DNA of 25,186 nt from a virus (Duplodnaviria > Caudoviricetes). Position 1 is the stretch's first letter, and every line of letters starts with the position of its first letter. Under the pieces are notes generated by a model. It had not been told where the DNA came from, ran no database searches, and saw only the letters and a list, made by a program, of their open reading frames with translations. A program made the position numbers and the translations under genes. The stretch lies in IMG/VR virus record IMGVR_UViG_3300031784_000189, positions 1-25,186 of that record; one strand, written 5' to 3'. Positions 1-9,100 of this stretch are shown here, one piece after another.

Positions 1-78
1 CGCATCGGTAGAAAAAAGTCTCTTTAACTTTGAATATAAAGATCTTTGTTTTAAAATTTGAAATTCTTCGTTTGCCAT
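1..78 (-). CDS. 5' fragment of a gene running off the window; probable portal protein
   Basis: ATG at 78-76 opens MANEEFQILKQRSLYSKLKRLFSTDA with no stop to the window edge. It lies directly after terL and is preceded by the TATTTATA motif. The portal call rests on synteny and a recalled resemblance of 'LKRLFSTD' to portal N-termini of related large myoviruses. Confidence 0.55.
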   Translation of the reverse strand, partial: MANEEFQILKQRSLYSKLKRLFSTDA

Positions 79-89
79 AGTTTTATATA

Positions 90-98
90 TATAAATAT
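90..98 (-). promoter_or_regulatory. Putative late-promoter motif ATATTTATA
   Basis: Intergenic, 11 nt upstream of the ATG at 78. The same motif recurs before other late-type genes. Confidence 0.65.
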
Positions 99-99
99 G

Positions 100-1695
100 T
101 TACAATAACCAAGTTAGGTTTTCTTTTTTATCTGTAATTTTTCCTGTTGTCATTTGCCATGCTTCTTGGCTACTCACCGATTGCGCTTTATAAATATTTT
201 GAGATCCTCCAATTCTGGTAATCCCACCCAACATTGATCTATTTAAATCCATACTTTGTTGTCTTAATTTAAGTGCAGTATCTCTTACCCACAATCCAAT
301 ACTCATTGCCATTACCAAATCGTCATTATAACCTTTCATTGCAGCTACTTTATTACCATCCCAAATGAATACGGATAATTCATCCAAAAATCTAAGTGAT
401 CTAACTTCTACCGATCTTTCTCTAAAATAAGTTTCTAACTTTGAAATCAATAATGGTCTAGTCTTTTGACTATTAGTAAAACCAGGAATCATCTTCTTTT
501 CATCTCTGTTAACTTTATTAGTCAATTGTCTTTCAACATCAACGTATTGTAGGTCTGCACTACTATAGAACGTATTTGGATATTGTCTATCTATTATTTG
601 TTGTAAAACTGCCCAACCAATATTTGCATTTTCAACGATAAGTAAAGCATTATTATATTCTGTAGCTACACTTACCAACATATTGCCATAATCTTTAGTG
701 CCAATTTGTCCTTTATATTCAGCAACTTGTGTCAATGATTCTACATCAAGAACTTGAAATGCACTATAATCCGCTCCGTCACCTCTAGCAACATCCGCAC
801 TAACTATATAATTTCTACTATAATCGGGATATTCCCATATCCAATATCCATGATCCATTCCTCTCATTTCTATTGGATCTTTTACTTTACTTTGTTTGTA
901 AAAATCAATAGTAGCCGCATCAACAATTCCATTACCAGTAGTACTAAAATCACAATCACATTCTTGTGCTGCACCTTTAACACCAGACAATTCTGTTTGT
1001 TTATCTCTCCATGTTTGATCTCTTTCTGGATGTAAATGCCATGGAAGTCTAATTGTATTAAATTTGTTTTCCTTGGCTTCTGCTTTTATCCATGTTTGAT
1101 GAAAGAAATTACCAACACCGTTTGGTGTACTTAACATGATTGCTCTACCACCAGTACTTAATGTATATTGAGCAGATAACCAAATTTCTTCAATGTTATC
1201 AATGAATGCTGCTTCGTCAATAATCAACAATGACAATGCAGAAGAACGACCAGATGTACCTGCGGATGACACGGCTTTAATCTGCGAACCATTTGTCAAT
1301 CTTAAACTTAACCTATTATCTTCTTGTTCTTTTACTTTTAACCATGAAGGAAGATTATCATTAGCAAATCTAACACGGGTAACAATTTCCTTGGATGTTT
1401 CTTGGTTAATACTAATACAAAGAACATTTTTATCCTTATGAAATACCATTAACCACAAACTATATGCTGCGGTTAATGTACTAATACCCATCTGTCTAGA
1501 CTTTAATATAATATTAAAATCATGATCGACTAAATCAGTTAAAGTCTTTTCTTGGAATTCATACAAATCAAAGTTTACCGTTCCACGAATAGGATGTTGA
1601 ATTTTAACATACTTCTTCATGAAATAAATCGGATCTACAAGACATTTCTTGTATTCTTCTTTAATTACTTCTTTAAGTGTTTTAGGAGTACTCAT
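100..1695 (-). CDS. terL: Terminase large subunit (T4 gp17-like ATPase + RNase H-fold nuclease)
   Basis: Adenine-binding LYEFQ, Walker A KSRQMGIST, Walker B LLIIDEAAF, coupling motif STPNG, nuclease motifs ADVARGDGADYS, VENAN and DDLVMA. 531 aa with no intein-sized insertion. Confidence 0.96.
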   Translation of the reverse strand: MSTPKTLKEVIKEEYKKCLVDPIYFMKKYVKIQHPIRGTVNFDLYEFQEKTLTDLVDHDFNIILKSRQMGISTLTAAYSLWLMVFHKDKNVLCISINQETSKEIVTRVRFANDNLPSWLKVKEQEDNRLSLRLTNGSQIKAVSSAGTSGRSSALSLLIIDEAAFIDNIEEIWLSAQYTLSTGGRAIMLSTPNGVGNFFHQTWIKAEAKENKFNTIRLPWHLHPERDQTWRDKQTELSGVKGAAQECDCDFSTTGNGIVDAATIDFYKQSKVKDPIEMRGMDHGYWIWEYPDYSRNYIVSADVARGDGADYSAFQVLDVESLTQVAEYKGQIGTKDYGNMLVSVATEYNNALLIVENANIGWAVLQQIIDRQYPNTFYSSADLQYVDVERQLTNKVNRDEKKMIPGFTNSQKTRPLLISKLETYFRERSVEVRSLRFLDELSVFIWDGNKVAAMKGYNDDLVMAMSIGLWVRDTALKLRQQSMDLNRSMLGGITRIGGSQNIYKAQSVSSQEAWQMTTGKITDKKENLTWLL

Positions 1696-2351
1696 TGATT
1701 TAATCTATCCAACACCAATTGTTTTGCTTTTTTCTCAATTTCTGGGTTATAATTTAATTTGAGCAATTCTTCATTGGCTTTTGCAATATTTTCGTCAACA
1801 TCTTTTAAATCATTTTTCAAATCAGACAATACTTTTTGTATTTGTGTAGTATCATCGGTCCAGAATTCTTGACTACCGTCATCATTAAAAAATTGTAACT
1901 TTTCTTCGGGATTTTTTTCTAGATATTCAATGCTATCAGTAATATTTTTCTTGAAATCCTTCATTTCAGAAAGCATATTATTATAAATTTTATATCGTTC
2001 ATAATCAGCATATACTCCTAATGATTTTAACTTACTGTCGAATGAAATAGTGCAATCATAACATTTACCTGTTTTAGGAAAAAATCTATCATCAAGATAA
2101 TTACCAAATTTCATATCCGCATTACAGATACTACATCTTTGATCAATCTTTATTTGTCCAAGTTTAGATACTTTTCTTTTGGTTCCGTTTTTCCACATCC
2201 ATTTATTACCTTGTGCATCTTCCCATTCTTCTCCTTCTTTTCTTTTACTATTATTCAAGTTAGGATCATAACCAACTTGAATAAATGGACGGTTACCATC
2301 GACATAATCTTTAACTATGTCAAGATTGCTTTTTCCTGTTGCTCTTTTCAT
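1692..2351 (-). CDS. Hypothetical protein with CxxC...CxxC Zn-finger and C-terminal coiled coil (candidate terminase small subunit/packaging accessory)
   Basis: 219-aa ORF with CSIC and CYDC motifs and a heptad-rich C-terminus. ATGA overlaps with both neighbours (2348-2351, 1692-1695). Function inferred only from position. Confidence 0.6.
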   Translation of the reverse strand: MKRATGKSNLDIVKDYVDGNRPFIQVGYDPNLNNSKRKEGEEWEDAQGNKWMWKNGTKRKVSKLGQIKIDQRCSICNADMKFGNYLDDRFFPKTGKCYDCTISFDSKLKSLGVYADYERYKIYNNMLSEMKDFKKNITDSIEYLEKNPEEKLQFFNDDGSQEFWTDDTTQIQKVLSDLKNDLKDVDENIAKANEELLKLNYNPEIEKKAKQLVLDRLNQ

Positions 2352-5320
2352 AACTTTACTTTTAATCTATCCAATTCCTTTTTGAAATCGTCGAAGATTT
2401 CAGTTCTTTTGTTTTTATAACGAAAAGTATTACCTTTCACTAATTTAATTAGTTTTTCTAAAGTGTTAATATCATTAAATGTTACATTTTTGCCAAATAA
2501 AAATTCAGCAACGTCATCCATGTCGGTATAAACAGTTTTTATATTTTGTTTTTCTTGTTTTCCCTTTTCATTTGTTACTACATCTGCACTTTGAAGACCT
2601 TTTTTCCAATTCATTTGATATCTCTTCATCTTATTTGGATCTTCGGTAGGTTCATAACTATGTGACATAATATTCATTAATAGAATATTTCTTAGTGCTG
2701 CCTTATACTTTGATTCTGGTGCTCCAGATAAAGCTTTAACCATAAAATTTAAATCACCTATCATCAAATCAATTTGTACATATCCATCTTCATTTGGTGT
2801 TTCAGTAGATTTTACTGGATTACCATTTTCATCAATTATAGGTACATTCAAATGTAGTTGGTCTAATCCAGTATTTATTTTAAAAGATGGTATTGGAACA
2901 TTTGACGGAACATTTGATTCTACATGCAGTTTTAATTTTTCATAAAATGTCTTTTTATCATAATCATAATTAATACCTAATAATTCATTTATTTGATCAG
3001 TAGATACAGCAACATCAATATCTCCTAATACTGGTTTGGATTTGTTACCAATTACTTCGTACTTTAATTTATCAAGATTCCAAATTTTCAAACCATTATT
3101 TATGGTAGATTCCAAATGTTCTTTAGGTAAATCACTATTGGCAGCAACTGCATTACCTCCTTCTGTAATCAATAATTCTTTTAATATATCATTGACGATT
3201 TTGTTTCCCAAATCAGCATGTTTTTTGATTTTATCAATAGATGCTTGAGTTTCTGGTGTAGTTGCTTTCTTTTCTTTTTTAGCATACTGTTCAATCATTT
3301 TTTCTGCATATTTATCTTTTATTGCTTTGATAAATGATTTGTAATCAAATCCTAAATCTGTAAGAATACCATTTGCATCAAGTGTTTTTGCAAAACCCAA
3401 AACGCCAGTAGTTAAATCTTTTAATTTTACATCATTTGGATTTACACCACTATGTGCAGATAAGTTTGGATCAATTGTTGTAATTTTCTTTCCAAACAAA
3501 CCAGCTAAAAAGTCAGATAAATCTCTTAAAAATGTGGAAGGACTGTTGGATATCAACTTATCAACAACATCTTTTCTTAACATTGGTGATACAATTTTAC
3601 CGTCTTTGAATTTGGCTCTTACGCCAGTATCACCAATTCTAATATTAAGAACTTCTGCTAGTGCAGAATACATTCCACCCATTGTAAATCCTTTTATACC
3701 TCTTTCAGGTGTAAATCTGGCTGCAAACCAATCTTTATATATTTTTGTAGTATATAATAAATCTAATTGTACCCAAGTATCTTCATCAATCTTAATTACA
3801 ATTTGTTTGCCGTCAGATCTTTTGGCACTTTCAATATCAATGTAATTTTGACCACTTGTTTCAATAAATTCAATTACATTTTTAATGTATTCTTTCTTTT
3901 TATCACTACTTTCTTCCGCACTTTCAATTGGTATTACCACCATTACATCAATGTCACCGTAAGTTACTTCTTTTTTATCTTGTTGATCTTGTTTGTAATA
4001 TCCAGCAGAACCTAATATTTGATAATCCTTAATTTCCGGTAATGATTTGTCAATCAAAAATTTATTCAAGTCACCTAAAAAATCTTTAAACTTTTCAGTT
4101 GATTTTTCTATTGTATCTGGTGTCAAAACTGTTTTGGATGTCAATTCTGGTTTTAACCAACCACCTTCATCAATTGGTTGTTTATGTGCAGCTCTATTTG
4201 CTGCGCTGAATTTGGAACGAGAAACATACTTAATGTCACCTTCTGGGTGAGAGAATACATAACCTTCACCTCCTGGTTCATTGCCTATATATGATTTAAT
4301 TTCACTACCTTGATTATCAATTTGATTAATTATTTCATCTTTTACCGACATTATTTCTACAACAACTTTCCATAAAGAATCAAATCCGTCACGATTACTA
4401 TTTACATAATCAGTAATCTTCTTTTTCATCGCATCTGTAAGATTACTTTGACTAATCCATTGTAGAAAATCATCACCAATATTTACCAATCCAGTATCAA
4501 CTTTACTATTCAAATATTTATATAATATATCTGGGAAATTGGTCATCTTCATACTTGCCAATTTAGATGGATTAATAAAATCATCTATGTTTCTAGCATG
4601 TTTATTAATATAAAGTACAATATCTTTTAATCGTTTTTCATTTACATCTGGTGGATTATTTACAGATATTGGTGGTATTACTAACAATTGTTTACCTTGA
4701 AATACATTGTAATTTGTAATCGCAGTTTCATTTCCAAAGTTGTCTACTTCTCTATGTACTACAACCGCAGCTTTGCTTTGTGCAATTCTTCTTCCCAATT
4801 CAGAATTAACATCTACTGTATATGTTACGATATTTGGTTTAAAAACATATCTTCCATTTTCAATTAATGGTGTACTAAAATATAGTAAATCGCCTTTGAA
4901 ATAACCTCTAAATGTAGTTGGAACTGATGATTCAAATATAGAAAATGTACTTTTCATATTTTGAACGAACAATCTATATTCGTCTGTTTTTACGCTTTTA
5001 CCTCTACCTAAAAACATTTGTTCCAATTCTTCTGGTGATGTTGGTCTACCGTTATAACCTTTAGCAACAAACCCACTTTTATCGGTTAGCACAAATTTAC
5101 CTTCATCGTTTCTTCCAAACACAACTGCTGGAGAACCGTCCCATTTCATCGTTACATTTTTATATCCGTCTTTTTCCAATTCAATGAAACTTTTAATGGA
5201 ACGAATTGCTCCTTTAGAACCTTCCCAGAATATCAAATCTTCTGCATGGTCTATACGAGTAGCTTCGTTAAGTAATATATTAGATACCAAAAAATGTTCT
5301 AAATTATTCAGCTTTATCAT
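2348..5320 (-). CDS. Three-domain protein: ATP-dependent ligase-like (DUF6267-like) domain + two Pol-beta-superfamily nucleotidyltransferase domains
   Basis: Domain 1 has ligase-type motifs KWDG (K59), FKGDLLY, GEGYVF and IKYVSR. Domain 2 has LGSAG...YGDIDVMV...VQLDL. Domain 3 has IGN...LGDIDVAV...VQIDL. The CDS is certain; domain calls are by motif. Confidence 0.75.
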   Translation of the reverse strand: MIKLNNLEHFLVSNILLNEATRIDHAEDLIFWEGSKGAIRSIKSFIELEKDGYKNVTMKWDGSPAVVFGRNDEGKFVLTDKSGFVAKGYNGRPTSPEELEQMFLGRGKSVKTDEYRLFVQNMKSTFSIFESSVPTTFRGYFKGDLLYFSTPLIENGRYVFKPNIVTYTVDVNSELGRRIAQSKAAVVVHREVDNFGNETAITNYNVFQGKQLLVIPPISVNNPPDVNEKRLKDIVLYINKHARNIDDFINPSKLASMKMTNFPDILYKYLNSKVDTGLVNIGDDFLQWISQSNLTDAMKKKITDYVNSNRDGFDSLWKVVVEIMSVKDEIINQIDNQGSEIKSYIGNEPGGEGYVFSHPEGDIKYVSRSKFSAANRAAHKQPIDEGGWLKPELTSKTVLTPDTIEKSTEKFKDFLGDLNKFLIDKSLPEIKDYQILGSAGYYKQDQQDKKEVTYGDIDVMVVIPIESAEESSDKKKEYIKNVIEFIETSGQNYIDIESAKRSDGKQIVIKIDEDTWVQLDLLYTTKIYKDWFAARFTPERGIKGFTMGGMYSALAEVLNIRIGDTGVRAKFKDGKIVSPMLRKDVVDKLISNSPSTFLRDLSDFLAGLFGKKITTIDPNLSAHSGVNPNDVKLKDLTTGVLGFAKTLDANGILTDLGFDYKSFIKAIKDKYAEKMIEQYAKKEKKATTPETQASIDKIKKHADLGNKIVNDILKELLITEGGNAVAANSDLPKEHLESTINNGLKIWNLDKLKYEVIGNKSKPVLGDIDVAVSTDQINELLGINYDYDKKTFYEKLKLHVESNVPSNVPIPSFKINTGLDQLHLNVPIIDENGNPVKSTETPNEDGYVQIDLMIGDLNFMVKALSGAPESKYKAALRNILLMNIMSHSYEPTEDPNKMKRYQMNWKKGLQSADVVTNEKGKQEKQNIKTVYTDMDDVAEFLFGKNVTFNDINTLEKLIKLVKGNTFRYKNKRTEIFDDFKKELDRLKVKL

Positions 5321-6086
5321 ATGGTTTTAAAAATGTTTTATCAAATACAGTAATTGCTTTGTTGTATGAACGATTAGTTTCGTCAAGAGTATTATCGGTA
5401 AATTGCCAATTCCAAAATAATTCATTTGGTGTTTTGAATCCAAAAAATTGAAGTACTTCTTTTTGTGTTTGAGTGACATCTTTACCGTTCCAATTTTGTC
5501 CAGTAGCAATAAATCCAGCGTCAATGTCTTTTACAATGTTTTTTTCTCCCAAATTACTGTGTCTATTTTCTATCCATGTCAATCTTTCAATCAATTTTTG
5601 ATAGTAACCATTAGCTTGTCCCCATCTAATACTAGCAAAAAATAGAACAGTATCACTTTCAAAAAGTTCTTTACTTACCTTCCACAATTCGTCATTTTTT
5701 TCATTTATACTTGCCCAACAACGATGATATCCACTTGGATTCTTTTCTTTATCTTTTAATAAAGCATTTGATGTTCCACAATGATTGCCACCAAATTCTC
5801 TATTACTACTAACATTTCCTTCACACGGAAATATATTAAGTTTGGTTGTATCAATCAATGTTACTTTTTCTTTGCCTAATAAATCTTGGATTTTAGTAGC
5901 TAGTTGATTGCTTTTTGGTACATCTTCTTTATGTTGTGACCATCTATTACTGGTTGTCAACAATAATACCTTATTTTTTTCTCTTAAATAGTCGATTGTT
6001 TTCTTATACTTTTTAGCATAAAAATCCATATCTTGTTCACTAGAAGGCAATTGTGTTTCTAATAATAAGTCGGTTAACTTGATCAT
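5304..6086 (-). CDS. Flavodoxin-fold NAD(P)H-dependent FMN reductase / iron-sulfur flavoprotein-like protein
   Basis: KVLLLTTSNR...KSNQLA (FMN phosphate loop), LNIFPCEG, DELWKVSKELFESDTVLFFASIRWG...QKLIERL and AGFIATG match the FMN_red/WrbA/Isf pattern. There is an N-terminal extension beginning MIKLTDLLLE. Confidence 0.82.
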   Translation of the reverse strand: MIKLTDLLLETQLPSSEQDMDFYAKKYKKTIDYLREKNKVLLLTTSNRWSQHKEDVPKSNQLATKIQDLLGKEKVTLIDTTKLNIFPCEGNVSSNREFGGNHCGTSNALLKDKEKNPSGYHRCWASINEKNDELWKVSKELFESDTVLFFASIRWGQANGYYQKLIERLTWIENRHSNLGEKNIVKDIDAGFIATGQNWNGKDVTQTQKEVLQFFGFKTPNELFWNWQFTDNTLDETNRSYNKAITVFDKTFLKPYDKAE

Positions 6087-6093
6087 CTTATAA

Positions 6094-6101
6094 TATAAAT
6101 A
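6094..6101 (-). promoter_or_regulatory. Putative late-promoter motif TATTTATA
   Basis: Lies between the sheath terminator and the flavoprotein ATG (7 nt upstream of the ATG). Confidence 0.7.
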
Positions 6102-6109
6102 GATTTAGT

Positions 6110-6147
6110 AAAGAAAAAACCCCCGCTTATTTCTAAGCAGGGGTTTT
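6110..6147 (-). terminator. Rho-independent terminator after the tail sheath gene
   Basis: Minus strand reads AAAACCCCTGCTTA-GAAA-TAAGCGGGGGTTTTTTCTTT: a GC-rich stem with one U-G pair, a GNRA tetraloop and a U-tract, 16 nt after the sheath stop. Confidence 0.92.
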
Positions 6148-6163
6148 ATGAATTGTTTACTTA

Positions 6164-9100
6164 TTAGGCTCCTGGGAATGTAGCACCAGTTGGGAGAATG
6201 TTGAAGTCAAGTACGATGAATTCAGCAGTCTTAGTTGGTTGTAGATAGATTTGACCATATAGGATGTTTCTATCAACCAAGTCAGGAGTATTATTTGTAT
6301 CATCCATTACAACTTGGAAAGCGTACAATCCACTACGTTGTTGTACAGATTCCAAATATGGATTTACGATACTCAAGAAACGGTTTCTTGTAGCAGCTAC
6401 ATTTTGTTCGAATACCAAGAACTTACTGCTACTTGCAATAAACTTCTTAAGTGCGATTAACAATCTACGAACGTTTACTCTGTCAAGAGCACTTGGTTGA
6501 ATTTGAAGTGTCTTTTGACCCCATACACAGATACCTTGACCAGGGAATGCTGCGATTGGATTTACACGACCTTCATACAATGTATCACGTTCACTGTGGG
6601 TTGTTCTATCTAGAACTTGAACTGCTTGTGCGATTCCACCACGGTTTAGACCGGCCGGAGCGAACCATTCAGCAGCAGCATTGTCATTAGCAGCATAAAC
6701 TGCTGGCATTACTACTGATGGAGGTACACTTATAATCTTATTCAAGTTTGTATCTAGAATCTTAACCCAAGGATAATACGTAGAAACGTAACTACTGTCG
6801 ATTGTAGACACATCATTTACTGCTGCGTCAATCAATCCTACTGTTTGGTTACTTGCTGGGAATACTACGTTATCCATGATGTAGAATGTATCACCACGGG
6901 CTTCACACATATCTGTTACCAAGTCAGTAACATAACTGTGTTGTTCGTGGAAAATACCAGGAGTTACAATCAAGTTGATGTCAAATTCATCAGCATTTCC
7001 AAGAGCACCTACACATTGTTTGTAAGCGATTGAACCCGCACTGTTAATATTTGTACAATTTAAACCTTGTGTATTACCTGCGATAATGTCACTTCCAACA
7101 TTAATTGGAACTGCTGGTGATTGACCATCAAATCCACCTTGGAATCCTACTACGAACTTACGCATCTTGACATATGTAGCTTCGTTAGTTGCATCATATG
7201 TTGAAGGAATACTACCACTTAATGATGCAGCAAGTAATGAACCAGTTCCAACATTTGAACTTGTTGATTCCAAATCAAATGCGATATTATATCCTACAGT
7301 AGCACCAAATGGTAGAGGAGCAAAATATTGTTCTGTATCAATCTTTACACCTGCATTTGTAGAACTTGTTGGATATAGAGAAGTCAATTCACTATCAGCA
7401 CCTAGTGGAATATCACTGATTACTGTACCAGAAGCATATTTGCCTGGTGCTAATCCATAAATACTTGCTTTACTATATTGCACTACTGGAACATAATTTC
7501 CAATTGTACCTCCAAGTGGAGTTACATAAGCTTCATTTCCATAAGGAACTGAAGATACTGGATATGGAACGGTATTCATTTCAATTCTGATATACTTACT
7601 TAAGTTTGTATAAGTACCGAATTCAATGATCTTACCAGCATATGTAATGAAGTTGTATCTATCACCGATTCTACGAGCAACAAAGTTTGAAGAATTTGGA
7701 TCTAGGCTCAAGTTTTGGAAGATTTCCAAATACTTTGGTTTCTTATCGGTATCACTATAAGATCTTACTGCGAGTGTGAATGAACCCCAATCACTTCCTG
7801 CAACTGTACCAGACAATTTAACATTGCTGATTTCAATCTTATATTGTTTGTTTGTATTTGTACCATCACTCAAAGTGTGTGCTTTGAATAATTGATATTT
7901 TGTTACTGAACCTGGATTTGCATTACCACTCCAAGGAGCAATTCCTTGTGAAAGAATCCAAGGGGTTGCTGCACTGGTTAATCCATATTGAGAATCACCT
8001 GCATTCAAGTTTGTTGAATATTGATCAGTGAACTTCAATACTTCACCAGTTGCAAATGAACTAGATGGTAGATATGCACCATATACTTTCCAACCGCCAG
8101 TATTCAATTCATCATTTACTTTTTGAATTGAATCTTCGAATGTCTTGTATAAGTAAGCTGCTTCAATCTTGGCACCGGAAACTTGGTCGTCTTGATTACC
8201 AACTGTTGCATCATTTCCAAATACGTTTGTAATATAATTTGAATCTGCTGGATTTAATGAGAAATCATAATATCCAATTAAAGATGCGTTTTGAGCCAAT
8301 ATTAATTGAAAATTACTCAATGATGTTGGATCTACAGAACCAGTATAAGTCCCAGATGTAGCAGGTTTTTGATTCAATACAGAACCACTAAAACCAGGAG
8401 CATTAAAACTACTGTCTAATGTACCGTATTGAGTATTTGATAATACTGCCAATACTCTTGGTTTAACATTTACTGCGGTTGGATTACATGGATCGGCTGG
8501 TGTTGACCAAGTTGGTGAAAATGCAGTAGTAATTTTACCAAATGATCCACTAATTACACCCTTAAGATATACTTGTGTTCCACAACCAGTTGAAGATCTT
8601 AAAGCAAATATACTACCACTTATAAGTGTAATATTTGTACCAATCAAATTTCCATCAGTATTTGTAATTGTTACACTGCCTGTATTTAGTGATGCGGAGA
8701 AATATGATGTTGTTGATGTGGATTCTGCAATTGCTTGTAATAATTTATCATTATTTGTATAAGATCCGTTTCCTTGATAAGATGATGTTACATAAACACC
8801 AACAAAAGATTCTGAACCTATAGTAAAACTATAAGTTTGACCACTATTATATAAACTACCGTTTGGTGAATTTACATCTAATGTAGTGTTATCACCCGCA
8901 GTAGAATTAAACTTTGCAGTGAATGTTGCACCAGAAATAAATGATAGTGATCCACTTGTGCTTGCAGATACATAAGTAAATGTACTGGAAATATTGGCAC
9001 TATCATATAGTACATAGGATGAACCACTATTTAAAGCACCAGCAGAACCGCTTCTGGCCCAAGTACCTGGTTGTGCCCAGATTACAAATGGATTGATTTG

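Noticed and set aside
189-197. ATATTTATA copy inside the terL 3' end
   Set aside because: It could be a second promoter for the portal gene but is equally explained by chance (NIY codons), so it was not called.
2348-4165. Calling the NTase domains CBASS CD-NTase or CCA-adding enzyme specifically
   Set aside because: Only the generic Pol-beta catalytic motifs are visible. No effector genes or family-specific motifs support a narrower call without a structural search.
5327-5524. 65-aa minus-strand ORF nested in the flavoprotein gene (likewise 16837-17046 in the DUF2786-like gene)
   Set aside because: Short alternative-frame ORFs inside real genes, with no initiation signals or motifs.
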